From positions 12,615 to 76,614 of the forward strand of contig MU619257.1 in the NCBI GenBank assembly GCA_025201805.1: a stretch of 64,000 nucleotides of DNA. The letters run 5' to 3'. Below are positions 1-10,609 of the stretch, piece after piece. Each line of letters opens with the position of its first letter. Within the stretch, counting starts at the first letter, position 1. The notes under the pieces were generated by a model, which was not told the origin of the DNA, searched no databases, and saw only the letters and a program-made list of their open reading frames with translations. A program made the translations under genes and the position numbers. Source of the DNA: Parasitella parasitica NRRL 2501 (Eukaryota; Fungi; Mucoromycota).

Positions 1-468
1 CCATTGTTCAGCTGTCCAATTAACCTTTTCTTTGGCCCAAGCAAGTCTTTTTTCGATTTGCTTGGGTTTCAGCATTGGTACAGATGCTGGGGAATATGAC
101 CCAAAGCCGTGTCTGTCAGCATATATCGATAGCGTTTGAGGATGTATATCAATTCCAGCTGCTTTCAATCTTGCGTTATGAGTGACAAAAGAATCAAATG
201 GTTTCTCTCTAAAGCTGCGCACAACAGTACGCTGATCTCTTTCAGACAACTTAAGAGGTCTTCCGCTACGTTTTTGGATTACTCCACTTCCTGTTTTATT
301 GTAGCGATTGACACAATCAGTAACGGTCGACTTTGGCAAGCACATTTCACGTGAAATTTGAGTGATCTTTTGTTTGGCTTGATATCTGCCGATAATGAGC
401 CCACATGTATAATCGTCAAGTTGTTTACGAATTGTACGATGGTCGTTGGTAATATCTGTTAAAGTCAT
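1..468 (-). mobile_element. Tc1/mariner transposase, N-terminal part (HTH DNA-binding region up to the start of the DDE domain), open and truncated by the window edge
   Basis: Manual translation from ATG 468 gives 156 uninterrupted codons: MTLTDITNDHRTIRKQLDDYTCGLIIG...QISREMCLPKSTVTDCVNRY...KRSGRPLKLSERDQRTVVR...PMLKPKQIEKRLAWAKEKVNWTAEQW. The GRP linker and the RL.WA...W...W motif before the SDE are typical of Tc1. Possible left TIR ends at about 585 followed by TA (586-587). Confidence 0.85.
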
Positions 469-670
469 AATCAGTTGTATTTATGGAGTAGTGATAAAAG
501 AGCGTTTGATTGAAGAGTATTCTACTTGTTTTTATTTGAAAAATAAAGGAAATTAAAAAGGACGGTGACTTATCTTTACCCACGGTAGATACGCCTTTAC
601 AAGCAAGATTTGGGAACTTCTGTTCAAATGCCTCCTCGAGCATATCAAGAGTCTGTGTGCAGTCGCCGTC

Positions 671-1125
671 TGTTTAGGATACAGATCAAATCTTAGCGAA
701 TGGAATGACTTTATTTAGACATGGCAAAGAGACATAAGTGGTACCATTGAATGGCGGATCTTTATCCCAGTACAAAGTGGGGATATCCTATGACATTTGG
801 TTCCTGAGGTCGGTGTTAAATCCTGATGAATGTTCTTCCATCAAAGCTACTAGGAACAACATCCTATCCTTTATACGTAACTATGCTCTTGTCTTACTGG
901 TAACTCGGAAACTCTTATCCACCAAGCTCCTAGGGATTGGTTCAAGGTGTACCCAATTATCCCTCATCCTAGATCATGGTCCTATTGCTGCGGCACTGTC
1001 AAATAACTATAAATACCTTCAAAAAACATACACTAGTTTAAATCTTCATTCAATCTTGGAATAGCAAAATAAATATATTCAGTTCTAATTGTATTTTTCT
1101 GGCTATATTTTGTTATTCTAAACAC
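671..1125 (+). repeat. Degenerate dispersed repeat, copy 1 (coding-like relic; second copy at 37381-37872)
   Basis: Long colinear similarity to 37381-37872, including the shared tcctagatcatggtcctattgctgcggcactgtcaaa. Both copies translate to ...LDHGPIAAALS... and carry stops or indels. Confidence 0.8.
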
Positions 1126-2025
1126 CGTCCAATAGCTTTTTGATATACTCTCCATGCTCATTGATGTGTTAATTTTTGACAACAGTATTTAACATATTGC
1201 ATTTGTGGCGTTGGATATTACTGAGCTGGAGTGTTGCCTCATCGACTTTTTGGATGGGCTTAATTGCTTTTGGTCAAAGCAGGGGTGAGTCCTTGATCCA
1301 TTGTTTTGAAGTCTTCGTAGCGATTTTGCGTCCAGGTCTATAGCACACTCTCTTCGCTGTGATTTTTTTTTGACCAAGATCTTTTCTGTTGCAAGGGTAG
1401 TAGTTGTCAAAATGAGTTTTGGCAGTAAAGACTTTGCATGATTACCGGCTAATTTGGCACAGATAGAGTATTTTTTTCTGTCTATATTTTGTTATTCTAA
1501 ACACTGGCACCGGTACGACTAGACGATATTCTTCAGATCTTTACCCTCAGACGGTTTGTTCGGCGATTGCTCATCTACATGACAATCCTGTGGCTATTAG
1601 GTAAGACACGTTGGTGAACAAGTATATAGAGACGATATCTAGACAGGCTCGTCTTTCCAATACATTAACCGACTGTTGATCTGACCCCAGCTCTTATACA
1701 TGCTCGCTTCATTGCCACTCGTTCAGCCACCTTTCTCGAGCAGTTGCAGCTAAAAGCTGGTCTTTCTTTTATGTATTGTTGCCTTTCTTCGTCCCTCAGA
1801 CTTGGCACAATACGCATTGGATATTGGAGTATAGACGAACAGGTAGCAGTCTTTTGAATTTGTTACATTTGCCATATTCGCAGAACATTTTGCTTCAAAT
1901 TCGTATATCGTTTGCTCAAGTTTATAAAGTTGTTAGAGACATTATGGGCAGCATCTTTAGTAGAATTTCCAAGCTAAATAATTCGGCCATGATGGAAAGC
2001 TATAGTATGTGCAAAATTGTTTATT

Positions 2026-3465
2026 TTATTCTCTACCAGAGACTCTTTTGCCTTGAACATAAACATGCTTCAAGTTTTGATCACTTCCATTAAATAAAAA
2101 CTTTTCTAGCTTTTGACGCATAGACTCTCCGCCCATCAAATCAATCGATCCACCCTCCAAATCAACCCAAAGAGCGTCAAATGCCTTTCCCTTTTCAAAA
2201 TTTCCGATCTGATCCTGTAATCCCAATACTTCAGCACCTCCCAAAGTAGCTAAAAAAAGTAATTCGTTTGGAGTCAAAGGAGCATAATCTTTGTTTTTTG
2301 CGATATCGCGATGCATAATTTTTTGGGCCTTGGAAGCAAAGAATGCTGATCTAACGGCGTCAAGCATGGAAGGAGCGAAACCACCTGCTACATCAGTACC
2401 CAAACCAACTTTAACGCCTTTTTCCAAAAATCGCCTCACATCACACACACCGCTGTGCAGTGAAAAGTTGGAGTTTGCGCAATGGGCGATGCCTGTCTTG
2501 CGTAGAGCCAGCAGATCAATTTCTTTGTCAGACATATGAACACAATGTGCCATATAGGATCTTTCATTCAACAAGTTGTGATGATCGTAAACACTGGTGT
2601 AATTTTCCGCTTGAAATAAATTGCAAGTAAAATCAATTTCGTCGTGGTTCTCGCAGAGATGTGTTTGAATAGGCACTTGATATTTTTCAGCCAACTGACT
2701 GAGACCTTTCATCAAAGCAGAGCTGCATGTAATTGCAAAACGAGGTGTAACAACAGGTGTGATTAGTGCCGTTTTTTTTTCTCGGACGTATTCAATAAAA
2801 GCGCGAGTATCATCCAAACTCGACTCTGTGGATTCGATATAAAAATCAGGGGCATTTTGATCCATGTTGACCTTTCCTACATATGCACGCTGGCCCAGTT
2901 GTTGAATAATATCAACCAATTTTTTACAGGCTTCTAAATGGATGGTAGCAAACCAGCTACAAGTAGTTGTGCCATTTGATAGAAAACGCGCTACAACTTT
3001 TTGATATGCTTCAGATGCGTGATTGACGCTCTTGAAAGCAGACTCACAAGGAAACACATACGTATTAAGCCACTCCAAAAGCTGAAGGTCCATGCCAGAT
3101 CCAGCAAACATGTACTGAGGGGCGTGCTACGAGTACAAAGCCTATCAATTTTGCGCATCTCGTGCATTATATCAAACTTACTGCGTGTGTATCAACAAAG
3201 CCAGGAACAAGAAACTGCTCTGCACCTAATTCATGAATCTAAACATCACCTTGAGTACGCCTGATGTGCTGTATAAAGTATATCCTACCTTGACGTTCTT
3301 GTATGACTGAGCTTTTAGAAATTCTTGTATATCTGCCACATCATTTTCAACTTGAACAATTGTGCCTTCAGCATCGACGACAATCACGCCATTTTCGATG
3401 ATATCTACTCGCTCTCTTGAGACAGAGTGAACAGCTGTGCCATAATAGATAGTAAGTTCAGACAT
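2026..3465 (-). CDS. GUD1: Guanine deaminase (amidohydrolase family), 3 exons
   Basis: Spliced PGFVDTHAHAPQY metal-binding HxH motif, plus TPRFAITCS, IQTHLCEN, MAHCVH, GLGTDVAGG and GNFEKGKAFDAL. Two GT-AG introns, at about 3240-3288 and 3127-3181. Confidence 0.95.
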
Positions 3466-4207
3466 TGCAAAAAACGAAGAAATGAAAGAGCAAAAGTATT
3501 TAATATTTAGACCTGCAATTTTTAAACTTGTGGTTATCTTTTAAAAACTGAGCTCTATGACATCCATTGGTCAAAATAGGCCACATGAATTCCAAAATAC
3601 CTAGTATTTTCAAAATAGGGTGAAAAAATGTGGGAGTAGATCTCTTAGTGTTTACGTACAAAGGAATACCAATCTGAAAATAGAGTCTATTTTTGAACCT
3701 GTTATAACAATTTTTTTTTTAGTTTGAGCTTTGACAAGAACCACCATAGATTTAGTAGAAAAGTTGTTGGTTAGGATGTTTTCACTCCATGATGACTGGT
3801 ACACACAAGATGGTTTATCATACAAACTACAAATCTGATTCAACATTGTCCCTTTTTATTTATTTATTTACAGTATCTCGAATACTTTATCAACAATGAA
3901 AATGAGGAAAAAGCTCTCTTGAACGAATAAGGAAATAATCGCAAATGGGCTTATCACAGCCATGTAGCAATGGAGCAGACAAGGTATTCAAGAGTTTCCT
4001 TTAGTTGAACTGTCAAATCATGCTGAGTACTATATAATATAAAAATTTAAAAGCACCATGAGATAGATTACTGCATTGTATGAAGGAGATTCATTGTATG
4101 CATACTACTTTAAGGAGCCATGTATGTGTGGTTTTTTTTCTTTCTTTCAACAAATTGCCGGGTTTCGTTTGGAAGTGTCTTCTTCTCTTAATCTTCTTGT
4201 CTCAAGA

Positions 4208-5108
4208 ATGAAAATCACTTTGGTTGTTTGTTTGCTAATCTTGTGTGTTTTCGCAGCCGCTCAAGATGACCAGGATTTCGTGAATAGTGCCGATGCAAGC
4301 CAAGATACCGACAGACCAGAAACTGTGTCAATGAACACACCATATGGTATTCCACGGTATTTATATGACCTTTTGATTATTTCTACTGACTTGCATTACA
4401 GTAGGGATACCTATCGGTACATGGAAGGTCACTGATCTGGATGCGACAGAGAAAGAAAGCGTTTGTAACGAGCAGCTAGCATTTTGCAGTGTAATATAAC
4501 CCCCATGGTTGCGCCCAATGTTTTTATTAAATAATTAAGTATTCTTTAGAATGAGTGTGGTGGGCAAGATCTAGTCTTGAAAAAGTATGTCAATGTATAT
4601 GTATTATAAGCAGTATTTGATATCGATACATTTATCTAGTTTTTGCAACAAATCAACAATGGCATGGAATTGCAAATGCAAGGTGCAGTAATCAAGTCCA
4701 AAAGGAGTTCTCTTTGAAATAACAAGGGGAGGATATTAATTTGTCTGTTGATAATCCATGTAGAATCATGTACCAGATACGCCGCCTTATGGATGGCCAA
4801 ATACTATTGCAGAGTGCCGCGGTAAGGAAGCTACTTGCATCAAAAGGTGTTCTCCAGGTACAACAAATGGCATCTGTTTGAAGGCGTGCAGCCAATACTA
4901 CAAGTGCAATCAGGCTGGTAGCCCACCTAGTGGATTGCAAGTGGAAAATGAAGATAGTATACCCAATTATAACCTTGTAGCAGAGAATATGAGTGCGAAT
5001 TCTCCTTTACAACCTTCAGGCGCACAGCTGTTACATGCCTCGTCGTTCGCCCAGCTATCAGTCGCAGCTGGATTTTTCGTTGTTATTTTACAAACATTCC
5101 TTTATTAA
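4208..5108 (+). CDS. Secreted Cys-rich protein, probably GPI-anchored (multi-exon)
   Basis: Signal peptide MKITLVVCLLILCVFAAA. Spliced Cys-rich core (VCNEQLAFCS..CGG..FCNKSTMAWNCKCK..ECRGKEATCIKRC..ICLKACSQYYKC). Hydrophobic C-terminal tail after a Ser/Ala-rich linker. Several short GT-AG introns. Confidence 0.75.
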
Positions 5109-5117
5109 TATAAAATG

Positions 5118-5534
5118 TCAACTAATTACACAGCATATACAAGTGTCTTCCACGGCGACGAATGGCTTTCTTCGCATAAATCTATATCTCTTTTGACCAC
5201 TGTTAATGATTGATCTTTCGTCCATTTCATTGCCGTTTGAAAGCCGTGAAGTTTTTGATAGCATTTCAGTTGGATCTATTAAAATTAATGTGTCTAAACT
5301 TGTGTCACTCATACGCCACAAGGGTGGTTGTCTATACAGTCCAAAATGTAGGTCACCTGCTGTCATGGTGCCTTGGTATGGATTGGCTACTGCTGCTACA
5401 TTTTGCCCAAACACTTCATCGTCAAATATTTGGATGCGTGCACGTCTCTCAAATGCTTGATCTAGTGTCGGTAAATGACGACTGGACAGTCGGCGCTGAT
5501 CCATGCCATTGGTTGAATACCAAAATGAAGCCAT
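5118..5534 (-). CDS. Hypothetical protein (about 138 aa)
   Basis: ORF MASFWYSTNGMDQRR...CICCVIS preceded by a pyrimidine-rich promoter-like tract. No recognisable domain. Confidence 0.5.
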   Translation of the reverse strand: MASFWYSTNGMDQRRLSSRHLPTLDQAFERRARIQIFDDEVFGQNVAAVANPYQGTMTAGDLHFGLYRQPPLWRMSDTSLDTLILIDPTEMLSKTSRLSNGNEMDERSIINSGQKRYRFMRRKPFVAVEDTCICCVIS

Positions 5535-5699
5535 TTGTTTTGTAGTGAGATATAGTGGGTGCAAAAGAGAGAAAGAAACAAAGAAAGAGAAAAAGGGAAA
5601 AAGGGACATCTCCCTCCTTTTTATTATATTCACACTTTTTCTACCGCGTGATGATTTTCTATGCTGTGTAGATCCCTATTTTTTTTTTTTTTTTAATTA

Positions 5700-7194
5700 T
5701 TACTGTTCAATTTGGCCCAAAGCCTCTCCCATTTTGATCTTTTGTCCAGCAGTAACTTTGAATTTAAAGGATTGAGGCGCTTCAAACACCAAGACAACAG
5801 TGGATCCAAGATAGAATCCGCCCATCTCGTCACCATAACGTAAAGCCTTGCCGCCCAAGATCTTGCTGGCTGATTTGTATGTTACTTCCGTGTAGGTCCC
5901 CAATGGGATATCCTCCTTTCGATTGGTTTTAAGGGCCTCGTCAAAGTTGATTTTAATAGATCCGACATTGGTTGCTCCTACAGGAATCATTGAGAAAAAT
6001 CCATGTTTCCACTTTCCAAGCAATGCAACTCTTTCGTTCAGTACAAATAAATTCTGCAGTAGATTCACAAAATAGGGTGATACGGAAAACAATTCACCAG
6101 CAAAATGTCTTCTGGTTTCCACAATCCAATTTGTAGGCGAGTGGAATCTATGATAGTCTCCAGGCGCTAGATAAACAACACAAAAGAACATGGCGTGTCC
6201 GGGCTTTACTCTGTTATTGGTAATGTCAGGGGTAACATCTGCTAGTTTGACAAGCGCACGTTCGTCCTGTGGATCATTCTTTTCTGACCTTGCTAAACCG
6301 TCAGGCCCCACTGCTGACTCTGTTTTCACTGAATGTCCTTGGTTCATCATGTCATCCAAAGAATATTCGATGCCGTTAACGTTGGCAAATTCCTCTTCAT
6401 CGACAATTTGAGGCGAGTTTCCTAGAATCGCATTTTCCACTGGTGAGGTAGAGTCATCGTCATTGCCCAAAAGTGCGTCCAACTTGTACGTCACTCCCTT
6501 AATCTGTTCGATGTCTTGGCCCTGCACAATGCCAAAATGCAATACTTTACCGTCAGATGGAGAGACTAGTGCGGCATCAGCAATGGGTCTAGCTCCATCT
6601 TTTAGCTCTCGATAGAAAAACGCCGAAAGGTTGGGATAATCGTATAAATTGGGATTTTTCATTTCGTCCAAATTGCATCCAAATAACCAGCTATACAACC
6701 TGTAGCCCAAAGGACGAAGTGGCTCGGGTATGTTTAACGAGTTGAACGATCCCCATAAGCGGGACATGGATCTCAAAGGCAAAGCAGCCGCAACATGTAC
6801 CTAAATTTTTCACAGTGTAAATAAGACAACAAGCAGCACGGCTGAATTCAATTACCTGCCATGGTCCCGTAGCTACGTATTTCTTGGGATGTTCTAATCT
6901 TTCCTCTTCTCTTTGAATTACTCTACGGTATTGAATAAGACCAATCACACCGAGACCTAAAGCAACAGGGATTGGATACCATTTTGTCTCTGTGTTCTTC
7001 CAGCTATCCACCAGACGACCTAATTAGACGGATTAGCTTGTGCTTGTAGATTGTTATTTTTTTGCTTTACCAAACAGGGGCTTTTGTTGGTGTTGTCGGA
7101 TAGCTGAAGTGTGAAAAGAGTTGCTGTTGTAGCTAGGCCTTGAGCAATGTCGTGCTGCTGAGATGCTCGTCTTTGAGAGCAATCGAATGACCAT
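5700..7194 (-). CDS. PSD1: Mitochondrial phosphatidylserine decarboxylase proenzyme, 3 exons
   Basis: Arg/Ser-rich presequence MVIRLLSKTSISAARH, one TM segment, FFYRELK, SPSDG, YLAPGDYHRFHSP, PVGATNVGSI and the self-cleavage motif LGST. Confidence 0.95.
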
Positions 7195-7839
7195 TTTCGA
7201 TACGATAAAAGTGAAAGAAAACGAGAAGGGTAGGGGGGTTACAAACTTTTCAAGTGTTTATGTTTTGTTGTCAGATATATATCGGCCAATGGATGTTCTA
7301 GTGGGGTTATCGGATCTATAGTGTCGTATGGAAAGTGGTCCTTGCTTTGCATTTTGGAAGGGAAAAATTTTGATCGAAAATAAAACACAACCTTTGCCGT
7401 GCCAAAAGTAAGTAAATGGTTCAAACTACCACTCACTAAATGCGAATGGGTTTACTTGCGTGTTCATCACATATTCAGAATGAGCATTTGAAAACACACT
7501 GGTGAATTTCACATTTATCGCGGCGAGAACTGCAGGTTTTATCATTAGATAAAAACAGCAGTTTTATTCAAATTCGAATGATGTCTTGTATTAAAACATA
7601 CAAAGTTAACATGATATCTTTAGTATATAGCTCAACTCTATATATTCATGGAATCACATATATATATTTGATCAAGTGTTATGCAGTTGCATCAATGGCA
7701 TGATTGAGTCCATAACATGAGCTTCCATGCCATAGCATTGCATAATGCAAATGTGATGACACAAAACGCATGGAATAACACGTATTTTACTGACGGATAA
7801 ATATTTCCAGTAAACGAGAAGCAAATGTTTTATTTATAA

Positions 7840-8273
7840 TTAATATTCAGGGCGTTTATGTTCTCTGCGACTTTCATAGAAAGCAGGAGCTGCATTGATT
7901 AACTACAACACGTTGTTTGATACATTAATATCCAACAAAAGCCCTTTTACACACACAAAACAGCTAATGCTTACCTTGATGTTTTCGTGTTGTTGAACCC
8001 TTTGCCAAGGGTATGGGTTATTCTTTTTGTCAATTTGTATTTCAGGGTGAGTCCTGAGCAAGTAGACTACACATAAATGTTAGTTTCCCAGAATTGAATG
8101 GCCTATGCGCTACATGAGCATGTTCTTACGCGGATATCTATGAAACTCATTAATTCACAGAGATCATCTTAGAATATCTACACTTACGTAACAGCAGCAG
8201 CACAGCCAGCACCAGCAATGACAAAGAGAGGAGCCAAAGCGAGGTTTTGGCGCACGAATTGAACAAAGACCAT
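7840..8273 (-). CDS. NDUFA4: NDUFA4/COXFA4 (B12D, MLRQ-subunit family) small mitochondrial membrane protein, 4 exons
   Basis: Spliced product MVFVQFVRQNLALAPLFVIAGAGCAAAVTYPLYLLRTHPEIQIDKKNNPYPWQRVQQHENIKLINAAPAFYESRREHKRPEY*. The PLF..G.G, P(D/E)V and N.PW motifs match B12D. Not present in the ORF track. Confidence 0.85.
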
Positions 8274-8416
8274 TATTGTGTTAAAAGAGTAGGGTGAATA
8301 GGAGCTGTATGAAAAGAAGAGGAATGTTTGTTGCAAGTGTCCTCCTTTTTATAGTGTTTATGTTGTTGGTCATGCGGATAAAATTACTCTTGTATTGAGT
8401 GTTTGTATCAGCTTTT

Positions 8417-8457
8417 CTCACACACACACACACGCATACACACACACACACACACAT
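8417..8457. repeat. (CA)n microsatellite
   Basis: Interrupted CA dinucleotide run upstream of the NDUFA4-like gene. Confidence 0.9.
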
Positions 8458-9807
8458 CATAACTAATTGACTGCACTAATATTGGCATAGAACTGGGCTT
8501 GCTTCTCACGACTCCTTATTTTCTTTTAATAGTACCCTATTGGTGTAAGAGATGCCAATCTATTGCACAATGGCAAATCCTCTCGAGTGAATAAGCTTGC
8601 TGTATCAATTTGCAGTGCTTCATGACATTGCCAAACACGTTTTCGTTTACAAAAGCAAGTCTGCATCGCTTGAAATTAAAAAGACTTGTCTTCCATTGAC
8701 CAGATTGTTTTTAAACCCTTTCAAAAGACCCAATTGTATAATGTATGCCTTTATCTTGTGCCGTAATGACATCTTCTCGTTTCACACATCCAAATGCTTG
8801 AATCGGTTGCTCCTCTGTTGATGAAACAGAGGCAGCTCTGGTTTCCCTTCTTTGCTCCAACGACCTATTTCGAAAATTCTGTTCGACATCTTAAGAATCC
8901 AATAAAACAACCATCATCGTAATTTAAAACAATTTTTTATATTGCTTTAATGCTCATCTACGAAATGTAGTTTTCCAGAAAATTTCCCTCAGAAATGTCC
9001 AAGAATCTGCAGCTGAATTACAATTCGACTAAATGTATATTTTATTTAAATAATACCAAAAACAGTAATTGCGTATATATTTTTGAGTGCTAAAAATCAT
9101 TTTCGACTAATTTATGCACTCCTTCAAGGTTTGGATTTTTTTTTTTTTTTTTTGTAAAATTGATAAATCTTCAAATTTTTAAGTGTTGACTTTGACACTT
9201 CATGCAAAATTGCCCAAACCGATAGAGTTTTTTATTAATTATTTTCCGTATAGATATATCAGATAGTAACTACAAAATGGTAAACGAATATGTCATAATT
9301 GGCTCTGAAGGATGTCTTTCTTTGCAATACAAGATTTAGCGATCTTCGATGTTATGCTATTGATGTCACTCATGATTTGAATTTATCTACCAGCAAAATT
9401 CAGACAAATAACGACGTGATCAAGTCCCAAAAATTTCCCATTACCCATGGTAATCCAAAAGCTAAACACCATGCTAACCTGCTCACCCGCTATCAAGATG
9501 ATGTACCTTGATCCATTTGACATTTGACAAGCCACTCACTGCTTGAGAGTCAGGACTGTTACTAAATTTTTTTTCTTCTTCCAGCAGGTCTTTACCATCA
9601 GAGTCAAGGCAACGCAAATTTTTCTCCCTCTTTCGTTTTCCACAGTAAAATATCATTGTAAGTTTTTATAGAATTTTTCTTTTCTCGTCTTTAGATGGCA
9701 AATACGGTATCGAGCTGAACGATTAATCAAATAAAAAAAAATGATGAGAAGAGAGAATTGAGAAATCAGCATTGGATAATGAGGACTAAAATGTAATTGC
9801 ATAGAAA

Positions 9808-10334
9808 ATGAGTGCCGATTTGGTCTGGGCTATCATCAAGAACAACAACTCTTTCCTCGTTAAGCGTCAAAACGTTCAGTTCTCCACTGAACCCGCCAAC
9901 TTGATGAATGTTAACTCTTTCAAGTACTCTGGCCTTGCCAATCACAAGGTAAATTTCTTGATAACATGTGAATCAACAGGATACTAATACGCATCTTAAG
10001 AATGTCTCTGTTCTCCCTGCTGCTCGTGGTATCCGTGTCACCACCCGCAAGGCCAACAAGCAAAACTCTCCCCGCAAGTCCATCAACGCTGTTGTCATTG
10101 CCAAGACCCGTCGTCAAACTTCCAAGTCTGTCGCCAACTTGATTGCTCGTAGCAAGTACAGACCTGACCTCCGCGCCGTAAGTGTTTATATTAGTTTCTA
10201 CACCAATTTTTGACGTTTTTTTTTATTATCTACAGGCTGCTGTTGCCCGTGCTTCTGCTCTTCTTTCTACTCAACAACCCAAGAAAGTCCATGCCAAGCG
10301 TGAGGCTAAGGGTCCCCGTGCCCAAAAGAACTAA
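9808..10334 (+). CDS. RPL28: 60S ribosomal protein eL28 (L28e), 3 coding exons
   Basis: [20 protein letters not shown]...[18 protein letters not shown]...YRPDLRA|AAVARASAL. Strong high-expression codon bias. Additional 5'UTR intron at 9658-9804. Confidence 0.95.
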
Positions 10335-10609
10335 ATGCTAGCATTTAGCATGTGAATTGCCACAGAAATAAACTTGTCGAATTCTCTTTTGCTTTGATAA
10401 TGATTTCAAGAGTTTTAATTGTGGAGTAATATTATATATTATGGGCCTGTTATTTCTATTAGCGCACATTAGACAATGGTTTCTGCGATATGCTACAAAG
10501 TGTATAACGGGGTTCTTGATATGTTGAATGCATAGTAGATTAAGGGGTTTGTATTTGCGATAAGTTAAGGATAAGTGTGTATAAATGGTTCACGATGAAG
10601 AGTCTGAAT

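Noticed and set aside
1510-1830. Possible LINE C-terminal (zf-RVT) relic, with W..THW-like residues on the + strand
   Set aside because: Too degraded; the Cys/His ligands are not recoverable.
8540-8900. Minus-strand ISSDADLLL, resembling a PIN/XPG nuclease motif
   Set aside because: A single short motif followed by a stop, with no supporting motifs.
9741-9804. ATGATGA box-C-like motif in the eL28 5'UTR intron (snoRNA?)
   Set aside because: No downstream CTGA box D or terminal stem within the intron.
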